A stretch of 64,000 nt of DNA from Lytechinus pictus (taxonomy: Eukaryota). Shown here one piece after another: positions 1 to 12,000 of the stretch. A program made the position numbers and the translations under genes. The notes below the pieces were generated by a model, which was given only the letters and a program-made list of their open reading frames with translations, was not told the origin of the DNA and made no database searches. The DNA is taken from positions 10,294,001 to 10,358,000 of the forward strand of contig NC_087252.1 of the NCBI RefSeq assembly GCF_037042905.1, written 5' to 3'. The stretch's first letter is position 1; each line of letters starts with the position of its first letter.

Positions 1-702
1 TCAGGGGCAGAATTCTGGCTGCGGGGGTTGGGGATGGTGGGGCCGGCACCATGGTCTGGACACTTTTAAGTATTCTATATATGGCAGTGACGTATGACGT
101 ATTTTTTTCCTACCCCCTCCCCTCCCTTTGCTTTTAATTACTTGTAAGATTTCTGGTTTCAATTTTGACATTCTTCCCTTTTCCTTGGAGTCTTTTCTTT
201 TGGGGGTGCGCACTTTTTTGTCCTCCCCACCATCCTTGGTGATTTATTTATAATTTGCTCTTATCAGTATGATGTTAATCTTGACTTCTTTCTTTTTGCA
301 TTGAGTTGTACATGTAACTATTTTTAGAAAAATTAGCGATTCTTTAATATGTCCTAATTTTCTACATCCGATTTTGATGAAATTATCAGCGTTCTGCTTG
401 TTAGACTTTCTCTTTTGAGTCGAATCAACTTTTTTTCTGGGGTGGACTTCAGGAGCTGCGGAATGATTTTGAAAGTGTGGGGCTGAGCAGAAAGTGGGGG
501 GCTGCTCATTGTCAACTTTATTCATTTTTACGTTTTTGTACACCTTTTTGAAAGAAAATTTCCTCTGCCGATGGACTGACCTTTAATGAATTGTATCGTG
601 GTTCGTCAACTCATGAAATACCATCATGACTTGTATCAGAAACAATGAAAAATTTAGATGACCAATGGTGAGTATTACCATATTTTAGTGATAAATAATT
701 AA

Positions 703-1172
703 AAGGTCGCACGGGCTTAATCACAACTGGCAGGCCATAGATATTCATTCGAGCCAACCCATTGCTCAATTTTTAAATTTGATATTGCTGATTGACAAAA
801 ATGAATGAATATGACTGACAATCTAACACTGATTCTAGGGAGGGTACCTACTGAACTTACTTTTTCCAAATTGGAAAGATATATCACCACTATGGAACTA
901 TATTTTTACTGGCGGAAGAATTAGGGTCATTTTACTCTCTCAAGTGATGAATTTGGTCCCGGCAGGTGTAGTCTTCATAAATGCGGATTTATTTTTAAAA
1001 TGAGCCGGTCGAGGTACCCTTTTCTGGTCAGATATGGAATGTCAGACATTTATCCTATCCACTGGTAGTAAACATTCAACCCTCGAATTTCCTCCTTACT
1101 TTTTATGAATTCTTTTTAAGTGCCACTTTAACACACGAGTCTATGGGAAATGAATTAGGCCTATGAGCCATA
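703..1172 (+). mobile_element. ~470 bp MITE, family A, copy 1
   Basis: Near-identical to 7141-7610; imperfect TIRs (AGGTCGCACGGGCTTAAT ... ATTAGGCCTATGAGCCAT). Confidence 0.8.
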
Positions 1173-1706
1173 TAGCAAGACTATAGGCCTATTACAAGGG
1201 GAATTCCCTAGTGGATGAAACACCAGCCCAAACTCTTCAGTAGCAAATTATTCCAATAGTATGCATGTTTTAGCCATCAAGAGGTCCAAAAACTGAACTT
1301 AATGGTTAAGTGCAAGACTACAGAGGGGGTATATCAGGTAACAAATTGTGATTAGTAGATCATCTGTGTTTGTATACCGAGGCTAGGCTGTTTTGTAGGC
1401 TAACGTTAGTCTCTGCGTTGCATGTTTTCGTGTGTTCTTGTATACCAACGAGCACTGCTGTATTCGTGTATAGCACCCATTACAGGATACTAAACATTAG
1501 ATAGGCTTTGATCAATTGCAATTGTGAAATTGGTTCATGGTAAAGGGATGGAGAACAGAGAACTTTAGAATTTGACTGAATAGTGGTGGATTCAAGAGGG
1601 AAGGGGGGGATAGAGAAAAGCATGGTAAGTATGTCTGGGGGGGGTGGCTGAGAATGAGTGCTACTGCTATCTTGTTCTAACTTTTACTTATTTCTAGCCT
1701 GACTAG

Positions 1707-4700
1707 TAGTCCAGTAGATATGTGAAAAAGATGCTCGAATCTGGCAGAAAGTGTGAAAATTGGCTTACAGGGGTATTTTTGGGCGCTGATTTCAAAAATT
1801 GCCGGCCCCAAGCGATTTGACCATCGGGTCGGCCGCCATTTTGAAATCCAAGATGGCCGCCATGAAAAATCATCAAATGTCATTTTCTTGAGTTTTACAT
1901 GGCATGTGACACTGAAATTTGGCATATAGGGGTATTTTGAGGCACTGATTTCAAATATTGCCAGCCCCCAGCAATTTGACCATTTGTTCGGCGGCAAAAT
2001 GGCCGCCATCTTGAAATCCAAGATGGCCGCCATGATATATTATTGCAATCATTTTCTCGAGTTTTATATGAACTGCGGTATTGAAATTTGGCATATAGGC
2101 TTAATTTGGGGTGCTGATTTCAAATATTGCCGGCCCCAAGTGATTTGACCATCAGGTCGGCCGCCATTTTGAAATCCAAGATGGCCGCCATGAGAAATCA
2201 TTAATGTCATTTTCTTGAGTTTTACATGACATGTGACACTGAAATTTGGTATGTTGGGGTATTTTTAGGCACTGATTTCAAATATTGCCTGCCCCCAGCA
2301 ATTTGACACTTGGTCAGCGGCTAAATGGCTGCCATTTTGAAATCCAAGATGGCCGCCATGAAAAATCATTAAATGTCATTTTCTTGAGTTTTACATGATA
2401 TGTGACACTGAAATTTGGCATATAGGCTTAATTCGGCGTGCTGATTTCAAATATTGCCGGCCCCCAGCAATTTGACCTCCAGGTCAGCGGCAAAACGGTC
2501 ACCATCTTAAAATCCAAGATGGCCGCCATGAAATATCGTTGCAATAATTTTCTCTAATTTTGTATGAGCTATGGTATTGACATTTAGCATATACAGTGTA
2601 GGTGTAGTTTAGGGCACTTATTTCAATAGTCTTACCACCAGGTCAGCTGCCATCTTGAAATCTAAGATGGCCGCCATGAAAATCACTAAAAATCATTTTC
2701 TTGAATTTTACATGTGCTCTGAACTTTGGCAAATAGAGTACCTATTTTGGGGTGCTGATTTCAAATATTGCCAGCCACAAGTGATCTGACCATCAGTTCA
2801 GCGGCAAGATATGGCTGCCATGAAAAACCATATCAAAATAATTTTCTTGGATTTTACATTATATATGACACCAAAATTTGGCATACAGAAGTACGTGGCA
2901 CTGATTTTTGCCGGCCACCAGCAATGTAACCACCGGGTTTCGGCAAAATGACCGCCATGAATTAAAAGTAATGATAATTGTCTTGAGTTTTATATGAACT
3001 CTGGCCCTGAAAGTTATCATATAGGCATATATTTAGGCACTGATTATTGTCAGACCCCTGTTTGGTTGCCATTTTGAAATACAAGATGGCCGCCATGAAA
3101 GATACTTTGCTCAAGTCTTACGTATGGCCTGTAACACTTTGAATTTGGAGAAAAACTTGATCTTTGCATCCTTGATCAATGAAAAAAACATAATAAATAG
3201 ATGCTATTTTGAATTCCAATATGGTTACCAAGTTTGAATGATGTACAACATTATAATGGTGAGTAAAACCCATTGTATTAGCACTGAAAACAAATCCAAC
3301 ACAACTACATCTTTGTCCGTTGCAAGGATTATAATACTTTGGCACCCTTAATTGCCGATATCGATGTTACGTAAATATGAAGCACCATAAATACACAGAC
3401 CAGCTAGCTTCTTCTGCAGTTACATATTTGAGGTGGCTTTGGTTGAACAATAACCATCCGGAATAATCATTTTCTGTTGAGAGGCTGTAAATTATTTCTT
3501 TGAGTTTCATATGATCTACAGTATTGCACTTTGACATATCGACGGAGTGCGGGGTGTTTATTTCAAATATTGCTGGCCCTCAGCGATCTGATCCCCTGAG
3601 TCAGAAGCAAAATGTCAGCCATCTTGAAATCCAAGATGGCTGCCATGAAAAAAGATCATTGAAAAAAAATCACTTTATCTAGTATCACGTAACGTATTAT
3701 TTTAAAATTTGGCATCTAGGGTAAGCTTAATCTAGGGATATCGAAATTGCCCCCAGTAATCTGTCCAATAGATATGCTGCAAAATGGCCACCTTCTTGAA
3801 ATCTAGAGTGGATCGACTGTCATGAAAATTCATTAAAATCATTTTCTTGGTTTTTTAAATAATTTAAGGCACTGCATTTTAGACATACAGGCAAGTTTTT
3901 GGCCTGCTGGTTTCAGAATATTGCTCCAATAATTGCGATATTTTATTACAAATCGACAAGAAGAAAACTGCTCCAGACTTGATGTACTGATGGTTATATA
4001 GTGGTAAGATGATGATGATGATGATGATGATGATGAAATCAATATTAATGATGGATGATAATGATACATATTTTATTGTTCAAAATAGAATTCAGTAACA
4101 GAAATGCTCCGAAAATTTATTTCGCCCATACCCTGTAGATCATGAGCCCGGCAGCAACTTAGCAGCGCCACATCGGACGTTGCTCTATCCATTAAAAAGG
4201 GAAGTTCACCCCGGAGAAAAGTTTGTTGTAAAAACACAAGAAAATATGATATAAAAAGGATATTGGTAAATCCATCAAAGATATTAGAATTTTATGTTTT
4301 TGATTTGTGATGTCATATACTGTACGAGCAGCTGCCCCATTATGTTGTGTGATTTAAAATTATGTTCATTATCTATCCATATTTGAAATTAACATACAAT
4401 ACAAGTTTTTGCTTCATAGTACCAATTTACAGTGTCACAGGTAATGTAGAATTCAGGAAAACATTTTTGAAAGATATTTCGTAGTAGCCATCTTATATTT
4501 CAAAGCGGCGGTCATTTTCAGCTGACCCTGTGGATCAATCACTGGGGCAGCAATATTCTAAAACCAGCAGGCCAAAACCTGCCTGTATGTCTTAAATGCA
4601 GTGCCTCAAATTATTTAAAACTCAAGAAAATGATTTTAATGAATTTTCAAGATGGTGGCCATTTTGCAGCATATCTATTTGACAGATTACTTGGGGGAAA

Positions 4701-6692
4701 TGTCAATACCTCAAGATGCCAAATTTCAAAATAATACCTTCGTTATAATTATGATACTTGATTTTTTTTAATGATTTTTTTATGGCAGCCATCTTGGATT
4801 TTGCAGCTGAGGTATCACGGGCCTAAAACATTTCCCATAGACTCGTGTGTTAAAGAGGCGCTCTAAAAAAAAATAAGGATGAAATTCGAGAATTGAATGT
4901 TTACTACCTGTCCAGTGGATAGGATACATGTCTGACATTCCATATCTGACCAGAAAAGGGTACCTTGACCAGCTCATTAAAAAAATAAATCCGCATTTAT
5001 GAAGACTACACCTGACAGGGTCATATTCATCACTTGAGACAGTAAAATGGCAATACTTCCGCCAGTATAAAAATAGTTCCAAAGTGGTGATATATCTTCC
5101 CAATTTGAAAGAAGTAAAGTTACCCTCCCTAGAATCAGTGTTAGATTATCAATCATATTCATTCATTTTTGTCAATCAGCAATATCAAAATTAAAAATTG
5201 AGAATTAAATGGGTTGGCTCGAATGAATATCTTTGGCCCGTATATAACCCTGACTCAGGGGATCAGATCGCTGAGGGCCAGCAATATTTGAAATGAGCTC
5301 CCCACACTACTTCTATATGTCAAAGTGCAATACCGCAGATCATATAAAACTCAACGAAACAGTAGCAATATTTCTATGGCAGCCAACTTCGAATTCAAGA
5401 TGACGGCCATTTTTCCGCCGACCAATTGTCAGATTGCTTGGAGCCAGCAATTTTTTTAATGAACTCACCCAGATACCGATATACTACAAATTTCAGTGGC
5501 ACATATTATGTGAAATTCAAGAAAATGAGTTCAATGATTTTTCATGGCGGCCATCTTGGATTTCAAATGGCAGCTGACCCGATGGTCAAATCGCTTGAGG
5601 CCGGCAATATTTGAAATCAGCGCCCAAAATTAAGCCTATATGCCAAATTCAATACCGCAGTTCATATAAAACTCAAGAAAATGATTGCATTATTATATCA
5701 TGGCGGCCATCTTGAATTTCAAGATGGCGGCCATTTTGCCGCCAACCAAATGGTCAAATTGCTGGGGGCTGGCAATATTTGATATCAGTGCCTGAAAATA
5801 CCCCATCATACCAAATTTCAGTGTCACAAGTCATGTAAAACTCAAGAAAATGACATTAATGATTTCTCATGGCGGCCATCTTGGATTTCAAAATGGCGGC
5901 CGACCCAATGGTCAAATCACTTGGGACCGGCAATATTTGAAATCAGCATGCCCAATTAAGCCTATACGCCAAATTTCAGTGTCACATATCATGTAAAACT
6001 CAAGAAAATGACGTTTAATGATTTTTCATGGCGGCCATCTTGGATTTCAAAATAGCGGCCATTGAGCCACCGACCAAGTGGTCAAATTGCTGGGGGCAGG
6101 CAATATTTGAAATCAGTGCCTAAAAATACCCCAACGTACCAAATTTCAGTGTCACACGTCATGTAAAACTCAAGAAAATGACATTAATGATTTCTCATGG
6201 CGACCATCTTGGATTTCAAAATGGCGGCCGACCCGATGGTCAAATCACTTGGGGCCGGCAATATTTGAAATCAGCACCCCAAATTAAGCCTATATGCCAA
6301 ATTTCAATACCGCAGTTCATATAAAACTCAAGAAAATGATTGCAATAATATATCATGGCGGCCATCTTGGATTTCAAGATGGCGGCCATTTTGCTGCCGA
6401 CCAAATGGTCAAATTGCTGGGGGCCGGCAATATTTGAAATCAGTGCCTCATAATACCCCTATATACCAAATTTCAGTGTCACATGCCATGTAAAACTTAA
6501 AAAAAAGGACATTTAATGATTTTTCATGGCGGCCATCTTGGATTTCAAAATGGCGGCCGACCCGATGGTCAAATCGCTTGGGGCCGGCAATTTTTGAAAT
6601 CAGCGCCCAAAAATACCCCTGTATACCAAATTTCACACTTTCTGCCAGATCCGAGCATCTTGGCCATTTTTTGTCACATAACCGCTCCACTA
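1707..6692. mobile_element. Non-autonomous Academ-like foldback DNA transposon (~5 kb)
   Basis: Left end TAGTCCAGTAGATATGTG, right end (reverse complement) TAGTGGAGCGGTTATGTG; 3-bp TSD TAG at 1704-1706 and 6693-6695. Inverted arms of ~2.2 kb (1707-~3930 vs ~4545-6692) made of ~160-170 bp tandem units. No transposase ORF. The Academ assignment is inferred from TAG ends and the 3-bp TSD. Confidence 0.8.
4810..5251 (-). mobile_element. MITE family A, diverged inverted copy nested in the right arm of the Academ-like element
   Basis: Reverse-complement similarity to 703-1172 (CATTTCCCATAGACTCGTGTGTTAAAG...GGGTTGGCTCGAATGAATATC). It interrupts sequence that is contiguous in the left arm (~3560-3660). 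Confidence 0.8.
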
Positions 6693-7140
6693 TAGCCCCC
6701 ATTCCTTTAGAATACAAGCCATCTAACACCCCTCTCTCCCTCTTTCTCTCTTACACCCCTTGTCATAGGAAGATGTGAATGTATAGTATGCTTGTATGTT
6801 AATTCTCATTTCTTTTTATTGTTATCTCATTTAACTCATGTGAATCTGGTATTTATAATTGTGGGCAGTTCTTGCATCCAGATATGCACACTATGCATAT
6901 CTACAATTTTGCATTTTAGAATGTTGGGCCCTACATTGCATCCATTGTTGAGCTACATATAGGCAGGTAGGATGTGTGTAGATCCATAGGGCACTAGACA
7001 TTAGGAGTAATTTTAAAATTGGTCATTACATAAAACATCTGTATATTTCATGCATTTCTTTGTGATAAAGTGAGTGTACAGATGTTAAAGAAAAGCCAGG
7101 AAGGTAAATTTTTTTTAAAAACTTCATGTGCCATATAATA

Positions 7141-7610
7141 CAGGTCGCACGGGCCTAATCACAACTGGCAGGCCATATATATTCATTCGAGCCAACCCAT
7201 TGCTCAATTTTTAAATTTGATATTGCTGATTGACAAAAATGAATGAATATGACTGACAATCTAACACTGATTCTAGGGAGGGTACTTACTGAACTTACTT
7301 TTTCCAAATTGGAAAGATATATCACCACTATGGAACTATATTTTTACTGGCGGAAGAATTAGGGTCATTTTACTCTCTCAAGTGATGAATTTGGTCCCGG
7401 CAGGTGTAGTCTTCATAAATGCGGATTTATTTTTTAAATGAGCCGGTCGAGGTACCCTTTTCTGGTCAGATATGGAATGTCAGACATTTATCCTATCCAC
7501 TGGTAGTAAACATTCAACCCTCGAATTTCCTCCTTACTTTTTATGAATTCTTTTTAAGTGCCACTTTAACACACGAGTCTATGGGAAATGAATTAGGCAT
7601 GTGAGCCCTA
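7141..7610 (+). mobile_element. ~470 bp MITE, family A, copy 2 (Tc1/mariner-like TA flanks)
   Basis: TA|CAGGTCGCACGGGCCTAAT...ATTAGGCATGTGAGCCCTA|TA; near-identical to copy 1. Confidence 0.8.
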
Positions 7611-8499
7611 TAGTATATATGCACTTGCATCGGTTCACTGATCACATCCTTTTCGCCCGGACGCGTGACGTTCAAGAACTGATGAGGAACGCGTGCACAG
7701 AGCCAATCAACAAGAATCAACCTGTTTGATTCATCAAATCATCTGGCGCCCTCATTCGTTTGGATATGCAAATAATTATAATCATTTGACAGTGAGACCA
7801 AACATTTTTAACCTCCATCCCTTGAATGGGACCAATGATGCCTCAATGAAACCGACTACACACCTCCCGATGGTATGTAGCATTGATCGGTCTGGGGTTG
7901 GTTTCACTGATGTGACTGTAACAAAACATTTGGCTTCATGTGACAAACTCAACCTACATCTATCCCCCCTCTCCCATATTGTGGACGGTTTGAATGAATT
8001 TAACTGAACCAATCAAAATGCATTTTAAAGAGGACATATGTTTTAAGAAAAAAATGCAAATGTACGCTATATGTTCAAATATACAGGACATTCTGTCATG
8101 TAGTTTATTACGTAGGCCTATACAGCTACGATTTTGTTTTACCCCATAAGATATTCATACAGAAAACCGCAAGCAGAAACACACCCGCACAAATATTAGT
8201 GGGTGGCGCCGAGGCTGGTCATTAGAGAGATTACTTTACGAAGTAAAAAAAAATCATTGAAATTAAGAATTAATGCACATTCGTACACAATACGATTGTA
8301 GGTGCATTTATCACTGGAGTTTACGGTTTGTCGTTGATCCGTGGAAAATTAAAGGTTACCATCACCATGATCACCCTTGGGATTTTATTCATTCGAGTTG
8401 TTGTTTTGTTGTTTTGTTTTTTTGGTCATTCCTATACAATAGTAGAGGAATGTTATGAATAGGAATGTTATATGATATGATAAAGTATTGGGTAATAGA

Positions 8500-8866
8500 T
8501 CTAAACAGGTGGGTTGTGACTTTGCATGACCAACCCCCTTCGGCTTGCGTCGGGACGCGCTCTCTAGCCCCGCCCACTATCCAACGCTAATGTTATCATT
8601 GTAATCGCCTCCAAACTCTCGGGAGTATCACTAGCGTTGATCACTGCTCCGGCTGCAATCGTATCCTACCGCTCGGATGCCCTTTGAACAGATCATCCCT
8701 AAAACCCCGCCTCTCTCGTCAAAGAGTTTGATAAACACCAAACACCTCCGAGGTCTGATATTCGGCAAGAGATCAAAACACTTGGTAGCATCTCCGGCGA
8801 GCCAGGGTAACGTCGGTAAACCTCATTCTCGGATTCAATCACCAGGTCGATAATTTCGCCGCCATT
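8500..8866 (+). promoter_or_regulatory. Probable promoter / 5' UTR of the Rh gene
   Basis: Locally GC- and CpG-rich, non-repetitive segment directly upstream of the ATG, with GC-box-like CCCGCCC (~8568) and CCCCGCC (~8705). The transcription start cannot be determined from sequence. Confidence 0.45.
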
Positions 8867-9020
8867 ATGGGTTTCTTCCGGGGTAAATTGACGACGTTTC
8901 TCGTGCTCTTCGAAGTCCTCTTCATCATCCTCTTCGCCGTGTTAGTCCGTTACGATGATGTCGCTTCGCCTGGTGCAGCAGACAGGGAGGGATACTATTC
9001 CGTCGACCAGTACTATCCAT
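8867..9020 (+). CDS. Rh50: Rh transporter coding exon 1 (TM1)
   Basis: ATG then [51 protein letters not shown] plus one base; donor GTAAGT at 9021. Absent from the ORF track because it is short. Confidence 0.9.
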
Positions 9021-12000
9021 GTAAGTAAAAACATAGACCATTCCTTGAAATTTGTAGATTATGATACAATTAAGGAGCTTAACAAATTAATTGAGAAAGA
9101 ACCCTTTTTAAGGCAATGGTAATATGATTAAATTCAATAAACATGTATGTTACTACCAATGTTTATAGATACAGTTGTTCTAGGGAATAAAGTATTGCCA
9201 AAGGTTTATCAGACATAGCAACTGGTATTATCGTGTATTCATATTGGTTTATCGTGACTTTCATGTTTCCAGGGTAGAGAAATCTAACAGTCTGAATTAC
9301 TTTATAGTACACATACGTATTGCATAGAATGACGTTACAATGATACGGTGGTGGTGGTGGGGATGATGATGACGATGATGATGATGGCTGTACGGAAGCG
9401 GGGGAAGGAGGTTTTGAGAACCTACATTTTTACGATTATTTTCATACAATTCACCAGAAGTTTTCAGGAAATCCTTTATAGCATTATTTTCTCTTTAGAA
9501 AATGCAGAAGATCAGTCGATTCGCTCCCTCGCTTTCAAATTTCTTTAAAGTTTGTTACGCACGCGTCTGCCCCCCCCCCCCCACCCTCCCGAAAAAAAAT
9601 TGCGTATGATAATGATGATGATTACGGCGCTGATCATCATCATCATGATGATCACAATGATGATGATAATAGGGAGAGTGGTAGTTATGGTGTTGTTGAT
9701 GATGATGATGATGCTGGTGGAGGTAGTGGTGTTTGTAGTTGTGGTGTTGGTGGTGATGATGATCATCATGATGATGATAATAGGAAGAGTTGTAGTTGTG
9801 TCGTTAATGATGATGATGATGATAATGATGATGGTGATGATGATGATGAGGATGGTGGTGGTGATGATGATGATGATGATGATGATGATAATGATGATGG
9901 TAATGGTGATTATGATGATGATAATGATGATGATAGAGTTGCAAATTAATGAATAAGCAATTACGTGAAAAAAAGGAAACGGTGTCTGTATTCAAGTTAA
10001 ATATAGGTTATTAGTTTTACTCAGAGTCAGCCCTCGTCACGCCGTTATGGTTTTAAGCGGAATGAAGTTGAACTGCTCTCTTGCGAATGAAAATGGGCGT
10101 AGTCATCTGTCATGGTACTGGGTGCTGGGTTTATGCGGCGTGTAAAGGTCCCCTGACATGCAAATGCATAGTATCTTCTGTTGACGTGTATGAGTCTCTC
10201 CTTCACTAAATCATTGCTTATTGAGATTAAATGTGCATTATATAATTTCAATACTTTTTTCTCATTTTTCTTGCATTTGTCTTCATATAATGCTAAGCCC
10301 CGCCTCCTTAAAGTCCACTGGATCATTGTTTGCCTCAGGAGACAGATATAAGCATAAAAATACGCGATGCTATGAACCTTGCCACGTACAACTACATGTG
10401 TGTGCTATTGCTAGCAATCACAGCTCTTCAAACAACTCTAAATAGCCACCATTCAAACTGTCCAACAAAAATTGTTAGTTGGTATTGTATGAAAACTTGT
10501 GTTTGTTAGCAATGGCACATAGGTATGGCAGGTTTCATAGCATTGTGTATTGTTATGCTCATTTCTGCATGTTCTGCCTTCTGTGACATCACAAGAGGCA
10601 AACAAATCTTCTTTTTTCAGGAGGCAGAGCTTAACATACTGCGGGCAAATGCAAGAAAAAAAGAAATAAAAATATTGAAATCATATGATGCATATTTAAA
10701 CCCAACATGAAATTATTTGGTGAAGTAAAAATGCTAGTACACATTAACGGAAGGTATGCATTTGCATGTCAGGTGACCTGTCTTTAAGTTATAAATGAAC
10801 AACTGGATGAAGAAATAAAAAATTGTGATCTTGTTTTTAAAAAAGAAAAATATTATGAAGGAGAGGGGCTTCTCGAAACCCTCGATTTTTTTTATTACAG
10901 TTTCTTTTATTATTATTTTGTATGGCTTTTCACCAATCATGTTCCCAGCCAATAGGGATTTGTTCAAAAGCATTTAGTATGGCTGATTTTTCCCCCTTTG
11001 GAATTCTTGCTGGAACCATCAAATTTATTCTTTTCGAGGATACCTAGCTGAAACTGATTCCAAAGGAGCTTCTGTAGCCATTTCGAGTCATCATTACCAT
11101 TGTCATGTATATGTACATTGTGTAATTGTTTGTCATTCTACAGTATACACTATCTTCAAGAATATAACACAGGTCGATAATAAAGCAAAATATTTACCTG
11201 GTGAATTGACAAAGGGTTATCAGTCGATAGCAGTAAACGATACGGGTCTATTTCCAAATTAAATATTGACTTGGTACTTCGCTAATGTGTTCATATGTTT
11301 ACTGTCATCTTTCGAAACAATATCCATGATATCCTGTGGGTTTAACTCTTTGAATAGGCGTGAGTATATATCTCCTTTGGGGGTTTGCAAGTCATGCAAA
11401 TTACCTTCAAATAAGTGGATAGCTTTGGTTTAAGTGTTCATCAAGGATACTTCATATCCGTCTCCTAGCGATTGCTTAAACCCATCAGGCAATCAATCTT
11501 AGAATTGTTACGGGGGTCTCAGAAACTCGTCTTAGCTTTAAACAAAATGCATGAAATGAGAGAAAAAAAAATTGAATGAATTTAGCGACCCATGGGCAAT
11601 TTTGAACCTTTCAATGAAAGGGTCGTATACAGTGGAATCACATGTTTTTATCGATTGCACAACACTGACGAGATCCAATTTTCTTTTAAATTCATTTTTT
11701 TCATACTCTTAAAACAAATCGGTCAAATTGTCTAGACAAAAAGTCAGCTGGGTGCAACTGATATGCTAGTCACATTTCCGACATATATTCTAGTTAGAAA
11801 TAGCATTGTTCTAGTAATATGAATAGAAAATAGTCAAATATGACTAGAATAACAGTTGCACCCAGCTGACCCTTTTAAATAGTCATTTTGACTGATTTGT
11901 TTTTTAGTGTAAGGTGTAGTCTTTGACGGAACAAGCCATGTTTTGTCTTTATTAACTAAACCCATGGTTTAACAGTTCTGCATTAAAAGCTTGATATAAA

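Noticed and set aside
1677..6778. ORFs such as MAAILDFKMAA
   Set aside because: Stop-poor frames of the tandem repeat unit; no recognisable domain.
7679..7710. CTGATGAG motif
   Set aside because: No downstream stem II plus GAAA box.
9545..9995. Poly-M/I/H ORFs
   Set aside because: Translations of a (GAT)n microsatellite.
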